Assembly (NCBI GenBank): GCA_000708835.1
Contig: DF237080.1
Coordinates: 1-64,000, forward strand
Reading direction: 5' to 3'
DNA: 64,000 nt
DNA from: Klebsormidium nitens
Taxonomy: Eukaryota; Plantae; Klebsormidiophyceae
Positions within the stretch are counted from its first letter, which is position 1; the number at the start of each line of letters is the position of its first letter. Of the stretch, positions 51,971-64,000 are shown piece by piece. The notes below the pieces were generated by a model. It was not told where the DNA came from and ran no database searches. It saw only the letters and a list, made by a program, of their open reading frames with translations. Made by a program: the position numbers and the translations under genes.

Positions 51971-53089
51971 TTATGTTCTGTGCGACGCTAAAAGTGCAAG
52001 AGTTTGGTTGAGGGGTTACAAAAACACAGGATCGAGACAACCGTTTGGTATTGTCTGCTTTAAACACAACCTGCCCGTTTTCAGGACCCCTCGACGGTTC
52101 GCAAATTTAACTGACGCAGGTTTAAGCTGAGACGATCAGTAGTCCCTGACTTGATTCATGTTACGTGTTGCCGTCCACGGGCAGTTTTCGATCCGTCGTC
52201 ATTGTGATGATCCAGATCCATGTATCTCCATCTTCCACTGTACTTTGGAAAGCGCAATCAGTCTGACCCGGCGGCCGACTTTGCATGTCTGGTAGACAAT
52301 TTCCTAGACGTGACTGTCATTGTCTAAAGCAACGTTTGCAGCATCATCATTTATAAAGCAAAAGCTTGCAGGGCTGCCTCCTACGTACCATTCTATAAGA
52401 TCTTACCGTCAACTTAGAAAGCCTGCATTTATTTGAAAGCGCGTAGGCACCAAATTCTGCCTTGGCGAGAAATGCGTTTCTCGAATATCCATGGCCGGGC
52501 ATGGTAAGGATTCTATGATCACGCGCATGATGCTGGTCTTGATTACCGCCGCTGCCTCCTGAAATCTGCACTTACGGACCGTCGGTGACGCAAAGTCTTC
52601 AAATATATACATGCCATGATGCACAATGGAGGTTTTCGCTATATATCCGGGCCAAAGGTGGGTATACATGCATACCAACATCGTGCACGTGTGTACCTGT
52701 GGGCCGCGCGTGTAAATAACGACGGTTGAGCTTGATAAAGATGAACTTATGTCATTGTCTGACGGTATAGTATTGTATATAAAAGAACTTGAGCGACTAG
52801 TACTTTTGAACAGCGGGCCACCCTGATCCGGAGAGCTATAGCTAGCTATTGAGTAAGTTCGCGACGAAAAAGTCTATCTTTAGTCAGCACGCGGACATCA
52901 GTAGTCAGGGTTTGCTCGCATAACTGCTTATGTTTGCAATCCGCATAAATGTTCGAACTGCTCTGAATCCCCTCAAGAAGCGACGGCAAGATGCTCCCTC
53001 TCTCCTCCGTAATACTAATACTCCGAACCAAGCAAGCTCGCGAGCCGTCCCTAGTGATTAAGGTAGATTACACCGTTGAACAGGGTGGT

Positions 53090-54892
53090 TTAAACTGGCA
53101 CGAGGACCAGGTTGGAGGTCTGCTGCAGCTGCCAAACGCGCGCGCCGTTGACGAGGTTGAAGCGCCAGATGGAGTCAGCGTTCAGAGTGTACTTTGCGGT
53201 GTACACCGTAATGTGCACGCTCGCCACGCGGGGGTCGTTGTTGTCCAAAAAGTGGTACTGGGAGATCTGGAAAAGCAAGGGGGGATCGTTTTGAGAATCT
53301 TGAAATGATGCAAGAGTTGACACGTGGCTGAGTCGTTAACGCTCACTCAGAGCTGCCGGCTACGGTATTCAGTTGACAACGAGTCTGCCTTCTGATTCGG
53401 TTTCAGTTGAAGGCCGCATGGCGGAAAGATTTCAAAGTGAAGACGGAAGCCTAAGCCACGAGACGAATGGGCGCCATGAATTCCGAAAGAGTCAACCTTT
53501 TCCTTGTCGCCTTTTTTGAAAGTGACAAGTAGTAGTTCACTTTTGGAGAAAGGTGCAATAAACGTGGATAAAAGTGTTTCATCGAAATGTAAGTTCGCAA
53601 CGAAAGCTTGTATCGGTGCAGAAAACCACCGATATGACGTCAAAGCACCCATTAACAAAACGGATTAAGAATTAATCGGAGCTGCCCAGGTCTTCTTGCA
53701 GATCACTCAATCCTCTCAACCTAGCGGTATAGGTGGAAGTTCAGGTGTCAGCAAGCTTGTCAACGAAGGAAGCCTTTAAGCCAGTACGTGTGCAAACAAG
53801 GATTGTCATGCTAATCTTTATCAAGGAAGCCTCTCTCAAATGAGCGATGAGACTTGGTTGCAGTCACGCACCGGTTTCTCAAGCCTGTAAGATCAAACTC
53901 TGCAATCATTTCTACATTTCGGCTTTGTCCTCGTACCTGGAAGAGGGCAGACTTGTCCGCCCCAGAGGGGAACACTAGGACGTCCGCGACGAACTGCGCG
54001 ATCGCGGCCGTGTCCGAGATGGAATGCGGACCGTCCTGCAGCGCGATGGACGCGGTAGCCTCCACGAAGCGTCCGAAGACCGTCGCGTCGCCGTCCGCAA
54101 TTCCGCCCAACAGCGACCGGAGGCTGTTGCCGATGCCGCGCAGAGAGCGCGCAAGAATCCCGGCCTCGTCCACCTGGAACGTCTCCTGGCCTGTAATTGA
54201 AGGACACGTGTCGTTCAGATATTGGGCGAGGTAAGTGGGGGCAAATGGTAAGATGGGCCACAGATTGACTCGCTGAATTTTCGTATGGCTCTGAAGAAAT
54301 TTGGTTCGAAGAGTTCTGAAACCTGGCTTCCGTGGGTTATTCACTTGAGCATGTTGACGAGAAACTTTGGCTACAGCTCTGAATGATCCAAAAAACTTCC
54401 CAGGGTTGTGCGCTATTGGGAGCTGCTGAAAGTCAACTCATCTCGCCGAGTTGACTTTCTTCACAGACTTTCTTCACTTTCTTCACAAATTCTCGGTCTT
54501 GTTGAGAGCCTTCCGGCCATGTCTCTTTGGGCCTACCAGTACCTCTTTCACCCCAGCCGAGTAACAAGCTTAGGAAACAGAGAACCAATTCTTTGCAACA
54601 CTGCAATTGGAAGTACCCAAGATTGATACCACGGCGCAATGGACCGCTTCTAACACACTGATTAAACCCCCTTCAATCACAGGCCACAGTAAGTTGACAA
54701 TACTATAACGAAAGCCTATCTCCTACCTTTGGTGCAGAACAGCGCGCTCCCATCCGCATTGAAGTTGGGGTTGTAGCCAAGCTCGAAGGGGCAGAGAGTC
54801 GAGTCAGGAACGGCGGAGGCAAACCCGGAAGCCATCAGCAGAACGATTGCCGCAATAGCGGGGGCGGCGGAGCGCTTCATGGCACCAGCCAT
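53090..54892 (-). CDS. Small secreted protein, paralog B (~198 aa)
   Basis: Exons 54892-54727, 54190-53937 and 53266-53090 have the same lengths (166/254/177) and phases as paralog A. The mature protein differs from A at only about 4 residues (PA>AT, P>S, A>S in exon 2). Confidence 0.75.
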
Positions 54893-55102
54893 TGTGACGT
54901 ATACGTAGAGCTGACGTACACTCTGAATAAGAAACGTTTAAGAAACTGAGCTTGAAAGCGGGCTGTGGCAAAATATCGAGAGGGATGGGCTAAGAGGGCA
55001 GAGGCAGCTGGTGTTGCGTACTGCTGAGAAACTGAGGAGCAAGAGAAGTGGAGGAGCTCTGATCAATTGGAGACAGTGGAGAGTGGAAGTCCAGGGACCG
55101 GG

Positions 55103-55110
55103 TATATATA
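55103..55110 (-). promoter_or_regulatory. TATA-like box of paralog B
   Basis: TATATATA about 210 bp upstream of the ATG, in the same context as 48009-48016. Confidence 0.5.
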
Positions 55111-56477
55111 GTAGAGAGCGCCAGGTGAGTCTTCCCAAAAGTGTCAGTCGCAATATTCACTGACTGAGTCTGCTACCAGATACTGAATGACGACACGTCA
55201 AGCTGGCTGTACCGAGAACGGCTGCAAAGCCCAGATGGCCTTGCCTGTGCAGGTTTCTACAAGCTTCGGCCAGTCAAACCAGTGAACCAGTCATGATCCG
55301 CAGCCGGACATAAGGAACGGCATGCGTAAGAGACTGAGCTGACATGCTGTCTGCAGCACTTCGACATCACTAGACTAAAGACGTAAATATTACCGCCCCA
55401 GCATTGCAGCCGTACCGGATCAAAGACCCCTGATCATCAATGTTGACCGCAGCTGCAGAACTTGTTCTGCCAGCTAGTCGCAACTGAGCAGTTTGAGCTG
55501 CTTCGGAAAGCCGCACATGCATGTACTGCGGCAGTTGGCAGCAAGAATTCAGCCGCTGGAAGCGTGCGCATTGCTGACTACCGGAGTGCCTAGGGTGTCC
55601 TAAATGTCGAGCAAATCATTGCATATTCGGACTGCCCACAAGTTATCGGACGTGGAAGTACGGTCAATAGGTCAATAGGTATCCACCGTCTGTGCCGAGC
55701 AGCTGAGATAATACCGGCCCCGCTGGTCAAAGTTGACCTCGGAGGGATCCCCCTCCGACTCGGAACCCGGAAATGCGCCCAGTCCGGGCGGATTCGCGCG
55801 CGCGGCGCGGACATCATGACAACGTCACTGGTCAGGTCAGAAACTGGGAAAACCTACCCCAGCTGGGGCCTAGTAGGTAGAGTTGAGCGCAGACGTCAGC
55901 GCAGCGGATGCGTGGAAGGAACTTCAAAATGATTTCGAGATTCGCACGCTTTTCGCTTGCACTGGGCGTGGCAAAGCTGCCCGGCGGCAGGAAGGCCAAA
56001 AGACGCTCTGAATAGTAGCTGAAACATGCATTCGCTTTTGTGCCTCGTGTAATTGTCCCCTCAGAATGGACCATAGCAGAACAGGAGCAACTTAGTTCGA
56101 GAGATAAGTCAGCTTACGGCTCCCAATACTGGACACGCTATACTATAGCCAGCGTCAGCTTCTTACTTCACTCCTTGTGGTGAGCCTCTGCAGGCTCTGC
56201 AATTTGCGTAAGGCTTTGATGACATTGCTGCATTGCAGCTCAATCACAATGTAATGTGAAAAAGGCCTGCATTCAGCTGCCTGCATCTGAACAACAACTT
56301 CAAGGGGCATCACAGTGGCTGCAAATGATGGATGCCCTACTAGAGGGCATCCATCTGAATCAGATGTTTTCACCCGTCTCTGGAGCTACTTAACATATAC
56401 CCCAACCACTTACGTCAGAAAGCCCCACTAGAAATGCTACTACTAGGCCCCTGAGACTTGAGCCAGGCGAGTCCAAG

Positions 56478-59400
56478 ATGTCGGAGCAGGAAGATGCATT
56501 CACCTGGAGCCGCGCACTCCCAACCGCACAGCTGGCGTTTAGTGGCGAGTCCGCAGCCAGCGAGGGGTGCAGTGCGAGGAAGCGGGATCGTTTGACAGGC
56601 GCCGATCTAAGCTCACCCCTTGCGGAACAGGGCCAAATCCCCTGGGAGGATCAGTTCCTCAATGTTGCCCCCCAAGAATGGCCGGAGCAGGAAGGCGCGC
56701 TCCTTTTCGCTGAGCAGGGGGGTGGTGATTTCCCAGCTGATGCAGCGGACCTTCCCCCCGCCAAGATGCAAACAGGGCGCTCAGCAGGTCAGCCCCCTCA
56801 ATCGACGCCGAGTGGGATCTTCCTTGGAGCTTTCAGCAGCATATCGAGTGTGGGGGATAGAGCCTCAGTGGGGGGCAAAGATGTGGCGGGGGACGCATCG
56901 CCTTCACCCCCCCACTCGCTCGCGACCGTCCTGCCGAACCCCGGAAGAAGGGAGCCGTTGGTGCTGACGACAGAGGAGATACAGCTTGCATACAAGGAGA
57001 GCTGGGGGTGGGGGGGCCGCCCGAAACCGCGGCCGCTCGAGGTGGCCCCGGTTGCACCGCAGCCTGCGAAGATTGACGTTGTTGAGGGATCCTCCCGTGA
57101 CACGGGGGCGACCAAAGTGCAGGCAGCAGCGATCATACGTGAACTGTTCCGCCGCCCCAGGGGGGTGCCTGTGGAGCAGGCGCCTGCCGGGGGGGGTGCG
57201 AATGCTCAGTTTCAAGACCCCCCTTCGGAGCATGGGGGGGCTTCCTCCCAGGAAAGCTGGATGGGGACAGGGGGGTCAGTATCGGGATCAGGCTCTGCGA
57301 TTGGGGCTGAGGCCGGGGGGGTTCCGTCCAGGGCAGAGCAGATTGAGACTGACGAGGCGCCGCTTGGAGTAGGTCCTCTTCCCGGCTCGTATGCCCCACG
57401 GAAGCCAGCGCCACAAAGAAGCGGATCTGAGCGAAACAGGGGGGTAATTGCAAGCGAGCAGGAAGCCCCCCTCTTTGACAAGAACGTAGAGCGGCGAAAG
57501 CGTGCAGCTGGCGCGTCTGGCTCCAATACTCTCGATGGCATGTCAGCTGAGCCGGCGAGCTCGACGCCTGAGGGCGGATCCGGCAATTCTTCGGAGCCTG
57601 CGGAAGAAGTGACGTCACTGGCGCTGGCGATCGAGCTGGCGAGCTGCCAGGTGGCGCTCGCGACTTCGATCACGGACCTCGATGTGGGGCTACCGCTTTA
57701 CGACCCACAAAAGGCTCGGGGCAGCCACCCTGACGTTTCTGTGGGGTTAGCGGCTGAGAAGGGTTTGGAGGACTGGGTTTCGGGAGACCCTGTCGTTGCC
57801 GGCTTCGAGTGGCTCTTGGAGGCGGACCCTGTACCGGGGGAGGAGCCTGAGAGAGGGACTTCTTTCGATGGTAGGCGTGCGGCAGGTAAGCGTGAGGTCT
57901 CATCCTCCGTCCTCATCTATTTCATCTGTTGTTTGATCGTTTTTTCTCTTCAATCCAGCAGAGGAAGGAGTATCTGATGGTAGGCGTCTCAATAACCTTG
58001 AGAGAACCACGAGCAAGGGTGTTTACAGCCCTCGCCCCGAATGCACGGGAAACCTTCATCAGCGGATGGCGTCTGATCACCTTCCCTCTAAGCTGATCAG
58101 CCAAAAGGTCTGCGGTCCTCATGTGCAAGATTTTTAAAGGCATATGATCGCTGCTTTGATCCTACCATGTGACGAGTCGCTGGATCATTGAAGATTCCGA
58201 AGCAGTATTCATTGCATCTGTGCCACAAGCTGGCTCACTTAGAGAATCTGCAAACAGCCGTATTTTTTACTCATCTGACCTGACTTTTGACCGTGCCGTC
58301 TTTGGCAGCTAAGACCGTCCAGGATTTGTAAAGTCCCCACGTTACTTAGCACAGCTGTCTGCTTTTCCAAAGCGCGTAAAGCAGTCCCCCAACAGGCAAT
58401 CGCCTGTATGTATTGCAGATTGACGGAACTGTGGTCAGCAGCCAAACCCCTTTTGACGTGCCCAGCCTTCAAACTAATTCTACAAGCCGCCCCGTTCTAC
58501 AGAAACCCTGTCGCAAACCCCAAAACTCCACCGCCTCTGGGCGGACCTGAGCCCATCGGAAGTCCGGCGGCCGCAGTTCCGACCGTTCCGAGAGGCGTAT
58601 AAGGAAGAACTCCGGCGGCTGCGCATCTGGACGGCGACCTACGCAGGCCCGGCGATCATTCCCCGGGTTGCCGAGCTGCACTACCTGGCATGTAATGCGC
58701 TACCCGGTTTGGGAGACCGGCACACACGGTGAGTCTGCCGGCCCCATCTGCGTCCTGCAATGCAATTCTAAGTCTCGTCGATTCCCTTTTGTGTACTGAG
58801 AAACATTGAGTGGAACCGCAGGGCCTAAGAGCATCTTCCCCCCTTTTAGGGATCTGCGGTTCCGGACGGGCAGAGCAGAAACCTTACTCCGGACCTAACA
58901 GATTTAGTCGGTAGGTTGACACACGTTTTTTGAAATAGTGTTCAAACAATCCGAATCTATAAAGTCCTGGCATGCTCGGTAAACTGCTTCATTAAGGTCC
59001 CGGTCGCTTTGCCCACCGTCTAAAGTCGAGAATTTTCGAAGTAAGGGCCAATAGTCTTTCTTCAGTGACAGATCGTCGAACCGCCGTCGCTTTTCCGCGC
59101 GCACGCAGGATGATGCTGACCAAGGGCGCGCTCTGGACTGCGTTTGTGCGCCACTCGTTGGGGCGCGCCAGCCCCGCGGACCTCTACTTCGCGTGCCATG
59201 ACGGTCAACGGGTCTACCGGGGGGAGAGCGGGCCGTGGCTGCTGTCCAAATTATCGCCCGCCATGCAAGACCAGTGCCGCACCATGTGCTTCCTGATGGA
59301 GGACCTCAAAGTGGGCCTCTCCACTCGCGAGTGCGTTTGGAATCGGACAGCATTGAAGCATGAGTCTCAATTATTATTTTGCAGCTCGGCGAGAAAGCAG

Positions 59401-61111
59401 TTGAACCGCTCCCGACGTTCCAGAGTTTTCCTTTGTTGTAGGAATCCGACGTGTCATTCTGCCTGACGCTTTTGCCGCGCTCTTAATAATGAACGGCTGA
59501 TCATCAAGCTAATCTCAATTCGAAAACCTGGCACAGGACGAAGCCGCGTATGGCCCGGAGACGTTCCGCGCGTACCAGGGCCTCCATAAGTCGGGGGGTG
59601 TAGACCTTCCCCCACCGCGCCGCGGCTGGGCTTATCGCCAGGTGTCATTCCCGGAGCTCGAAACCCCCCCAATATCGTGGCCCGCCGCGGTCGACGCGCT
59701 CTGCACGGAAATGGAGGGCTTAGAAACGGGCCCCGTCGAACGGATCGAATTCGAAGGCGACCCGGTTTTCAACGAAGTCTGCTTCACGCCCATGGGCCTC
59801 GCCGCGCGCTGGGGCAGCTTCTGGCACAACCGCGGCCCGCTGCTCGCGGCCGCGCGCGGCCTCGCGGCCGCGGGGGAGCGCGCGCGCCACCGCGTGGCGG
59901 ACCTCGCGGAGCGCGCGATGGACGGCCACGTGGCGCGCTTCGACGCGATGGCGGCCGGGGGATCATCCGGGTCGGTGGAGAAATTCCTGGAGTACGCGCG
60001 CGACGAGGCCGGGTGGCGGGTGAGCCTCGCGCTCGCGTTCTGCGCGGTCGGGCAGAGCCTCGCGGACGCCGGACGGTGGGAGCCGACTGCGGACGGAGTG
60101 AATGCGCTCTTTGGCGAGACGGGGAGGGGGCTCGAGCTGGCGGCGAACGTCGTACAGATCACGAGCGATCTCAGGTGCGTTCGCGGACCGGACGTCTCGA
60201 TTCTGGTCTGAGGCTTGACTCGCTTTTGCAACGCGCAAACGGCGCTGACTCCTCTGATTTGACAGTCGGGGCTCGGAATTCAGCGCCGATGGAAAGAACG
60301 GCGCTGATCTTCTCTTTTGAATGCGGAGGAGCAGAGTTTAGCACCCCGTCACTCTGCCTGGCAGCTTCCCTTGTCAATGTTGGTGGCTGATTGTAAGCTT
60401 GAAACCGGGTCTCGAATCTGAGTGTGTTTTTAGTGGCACTGTGACATCTCTGACGTAAGATCCATAGCGTGGACTGCTCCTTCTTACTGCGCCTTTTGGC
60501 GGCTGCTTTATACTCTTACAAAGCTGAGACGGAGCGTCGCTAATTCACAAACTTCCCCCCCACCTTTGGAAATTGACCGATTGTGCGTTAGGCTTCGAAC
60601 GATCATTGAACATAGAAAGACGCTTTAGCTGATTCCCAAGAGGACAATCTCGGGCGCACTCGCACACAAGATGTTGCACGGCCAGTTTGCAAGTCGCTAG
60701 ATGCGAAATCTGCGGAAGTCGACGATATACCATACTGTCCAGCCTCTGTGGGAGCTATTGGCCTCTCCGTCGAAAACAACATCTTGGGTGCCAGCTTAAG
60801 GGGCCCCAAAATCGTGTCGCAGGACGTACCAGGCTGACCTCAGCCAAGCCCGGCTCAACGCCGTCGCTGTCTGCATGCGCGAGCAGGACTGCGGCCACAG
60901 CCAAGCGGTCGCCCATCTGACCGCCCGGGCCGCCGCGGACCTCAGCCTGCTCGCGCAAGAACTGGTGGCGCGCGCGCCTGGCGGTGACCTGTTCGCGCGC
61001 AAATGTTGGCGACTGGTGTTCGACCTGTGCCGCACGGCCGCCACGTTGGTCACGTATACGGCCGCGGAAAGCGGGGGGAGCCGGCATGAAAATCTCTTTG
61101 AAACCGGTTAG
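56478..61111 (+). CDS. ~885-aa protein: disordered N-terminal half fused to a degenerate class I (microbial-type) terpene-synthase-like domain
   Basis: Phase-consistent exons 56478-57885, 58503-58728, 59109-59310, 59642-60174, 60823-61111. The spliced product has SVEKFLEYARDEAG (cf. sleeYlxxRRxtxG) and AANVVQITSDLRTYQADLSQARLNAVAVCMREQDCGHSQAVAHL (cf. NDxxSxxKE...N.v.v.m.e.g.s.qeAv). Gene-structure confidence is high; the fold assignment is by eye. Confidence 0.7.
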
Positions 61112-61604
61112 GGTTAGCGAATACGTTTTGCTGTTTGCGGAGTCGCGTGGCTCCTTGGGAGCAATGTTGTCGTTTTTAAGGCAGCGGCCTAGTAGGCATC
61201 ATACTCTCAGGTAGCCGGAGTTGATTGCGTCAAGAGGCGATACATGTCTTCTCAATGCTCGATCGTCAAATGGTGTATCAGAGCTAGCTAGCGCACAAGA
61301 TGTCTAGCTAGCTAGAGTCAGGTTTTACTGTACATACACTTGAAACTAGGAAGGGAATCACCGAAATAAGGTGCCATGTCGTTGCAGTGCAGATGGTGCA
61401 CTAGTCCATATCAAGCTAGTGTACGTACAAGATACGTTAAGTCAAACGTCTTGCGCGCATTCTGGGGTTGATGTCATCCAAATTTCATTTTCATTTGACC
61501 GATACACATGTGACGCTCCTTATATATGGCATGGATAGACAAACAGCTACGCATATGTATACCCTAGACGGTCAACCATGTAGCTGTGTTGGCTCAAGTT
61601 CTAT

Positions 61605-61850
61605 GTGAGATGGCAGGACATTGTCCTTGAGCCGTCAGCTCACGCATCGAAACGCCTGTTGCACAGGTTTAAGGTTCTCGGCCGTTGGCAATCCGAAATT
61701 CTACTTACCGTTAGCAGCCTGACACCGAGCAAAGTCTCTTGTTCGCAGTGGCTGTTCGAAGAAGCGCTGAAGGGCACCCTTGAGTACGACGATACGGAGG
61801 GGGCGCCATCATGGGAGTTTGCCAGACCAACGGACCTTGACTTTTCGGAG
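61605..61850 (+). other. Possible isolated coding exon or gene remnant, unassigned
   Basis: Open frame (RWQDIVLEP...PTDLDFSE) ending at a gtacgt donor. No downstream partner exon could be assigned. Confidence 0.25.
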
Positions 61851-62669
61851 GTACGTGACATTTTTGCGTGTGCGCAATACCTTTGCCTGATTACGAAGTG
61901 TTCTGATGCTGCAAATGGAAACGGCTCTTAGAATCTTGAGATAACAAAGAAGGACTGGTTATACTTTCAGCCGAATATATGGTAGCCAATTCAGTATTCG
62001 TGAGACAGGAAGCATTGGTGCTCTTGACTAAAGACTTGTGATTAGATTCAACACTGGCAACGCCAGTCTCATAACCGAGAATATGGAGTCAATGTCCTGA
62101 GTGGCGTTGAATGAGAGTCAGTAGTCGGACTGTCTGATTCAGCTTCAAGGAACTAGAATGTTGAAGCGTTGTTTTTTTTGACTTCTTGAATGGACTTGAT
62201 GTAACTTCGAAGCTTGTATTGGCCCCAGTACAAAAATACGAGGACATTGCTTCCAAACAAGCCGCCCGTTGATGGGGCCTCAACCCGGATCCTGGTAGAG
62301 GCTTCTATCTCTCGAGCCAAAAGCCGGTGTAGGGCCTCGCGAACCGAAGATCGTGACCAAGAAACCGCCTAGCAAAGCTGCGAAGCAAGGAGGGCAGAGA
62401 AAGAGGGGGTAAAAAATAGCAGTCCCGGACAATGAGACTGAAAGCGCAAGCGATGCAGAGGTTTCTGTCTCTGAAAGACAGGCCGCCTTCGAAAGTAGAG
62501 TCTGAGCAACTCTGGAACCCCGCTGGAACCAATTACCGACTGAAAAGAGCAGTTTGGTTCAGTACTTTCAACGATAAGGACCACGCCGCAGTCCTGCGCA
62601 GGTAGGGTTGAATAGGATTGAGTCGTGTTATGTTGACAGACTCGGCACGTTTAGCTGAACTGCGTGAAG

Positions 62670-62972
62670 ATAGCTTCCAACGGATTACGAATTCAGATCA
62701 GCATCGAACACAATTTGGACTCGATATGGACTTGATTCGGACCAGGGTCAGACAACCTAAACATCATGTGCGAAGCCGGGCTAAAAGTGTCTATCGGACA
62801 ACGTTCTGTTTCCAAACCAAGTCCGAATCTGATCCGAAGATGATCCGAACTCGGTCCGAAGATGCTTCCATCACCTTGCGCCAGTCTGAAACGTGTCCAA
62901 AGTGAGTCCGACCTGTCCGAACTCGATCCGAACCGCATACTACTTCGGATCTGCTTCGGACCTACTTCGGAC
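62670..62972. repeat. Cluster of TCCGAA/TTCGGA short motifs with an orientation switch
   Basis: Repeated gatccgaa/gtccgaa across 62821-62932, then cttcggat/cttcggac three times across 62943-62972. Further degenerate ttcgga/ttgga copies lie upstream. Confidence 0.65.
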
Positions 62973-64000
62973 AGAGGCTATCTCGCAGTCATGAGCTAAT
63001 TAGCCAGATCTAAGCTACATCATATTTTACCGGCGACTCTAACGGCGGCCTATAACCAGAACGCAAAACCTGACTCGCGGACGTCAGGTTCCGCTCAAAT
63101 CCGCGACGTGACCCGAATCCCGCCCATTTGGCGATCTGGCCCGACGTGCGTTTCCGGCTGATGATTTGTGTGTCCACTGAAGCTTGGAGGACACGATGAG
63201 GAGTGAACGGAAAACGCCATCATGCAGTCGCCGAGGTAAGAAAACAGCCCAGCACCGACGTCGGGTAACCCTCGGAATACTTTCGCTAAATAAGAATCAA
63301 ATTGCGGGCGATACTTCCGGAACGAAGTTCCGCTCCATGTTCGGAGAGCCGCAGGATTTATACGTTCTGGGTGATTCGAAAAACGTCACTCCTTGGTATC
63401 TTGGTATCAGTCGCTTGAGTGAGTGCAATCTCAGTCGAACTACTGTATACGGGGCATATTTACGAGCTGTCGGGTAATATTTCTGTCGCAATCAACTGAA
63501 TCAAGGAGCAAGTTATCAAGGTTTCCGAAACTCGTACTTGGCTGTTTGCCCGCTGTTTGAGCCGAGTAAACAAGCTTTCTAGATCGACGACGTGGCGTTG
63601 TCTCCGTTTTCCTTCAAAATCTGAGCGGGATCTTACTACGGGCTCTACTGTAGTACAATCACAGTAGATCGAGCTCGGAATCTGCGCGCAGCCGGCCAGG
63701 GTCGAAGTCGTCGCGCCGCGGGCGGGGCCGCGCGCGCGGCGCCGCGCAGGCTACGCTCGGCGCTGAGCTGAGCTCAGTCACCCACCTTCCTTGCACCTTC
63801 GTAAGTGCCCGGGGCCCGCTGTGATGTCAGCAGCTTGCTCATGGCACATGCCTTCCCACCGTCCGATCCAGAGATTCCGAGTTTAACAATCACCGTACCG
63901 AACAAGCGACGGCAAACGATTGCTTTCAGTCTCAGAGTGTACTGTTCATACCGGTACTAGGTACCTAGATGATGCCTGTGCAATTACAATTCAAACAGGC

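Larger units (their letters stand above)
51487..55562. repeat. Segmental duplication, copy B (~4.1 kb)
   Basis: Same collinear anchors as copy A. Confidence 0.85.

Noticed and set aside
63184-63800. Small ORFs and GC-rich palindromes as a Helitron end or a gene
   Set aside because: No convincing hairpin-plus-CTRR terminus and no recognisable protein.
1-64000. tRNA, rRNA or snRNA genes
   Set aside because: No cloverleaf with T-loop/D-loop consensus and no conserved rRNA/snRNA sequence noticed by eye. A tRNAscan/Infernal run would be needed to exclude them.

Overview
Intron-rich eukaryotic genomic DNA with GC-rich exons and GT-AG introns. A flagellar gene and the sequence style suggest a flagellated streptophyte alga such as Klebsormidium (inference). 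I assembled gene models by hand, checking splice-site phase: (1) a 26-exon CFAP44/WDR52 axonemal gene, + 7579-24713, about 1831 aa; (2) a 12-exon giant F-box/LRR gene, - 37366-25614, about 1682 aa; (3) a 6-exon gene with a helical N-terminus and C-terminal MYND finger, + 38933-44585, about 868 aa; (4,5) two near-identical 3-exon secreted-protein genes, about 198 aa, inside a ~4 kb direct duplication; (6) an intronless gene with four phage-type CxxC zinc ribbons and a transit-peptide-like N-terminus, lying between the duplicated blocks; (7) a 5-exon gene whose C-terminal half reads like a microbial-type class I terpene synthase with degenerate metal-binding motifs. Non-coding features include a 589-bp hAT-type non-autonomous element with an 8-bp TSD, a second MITE-like element, two long foldbacks and telomere-like minisatellites. 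There is also a recurring pattern of decayed copies of exon boundaries ('splice-site echoes') in the adjacent introns. No tRNA, rRNA or CRISPR array was recognised. All family assignments come from motif recognition by eye; no database search was run.
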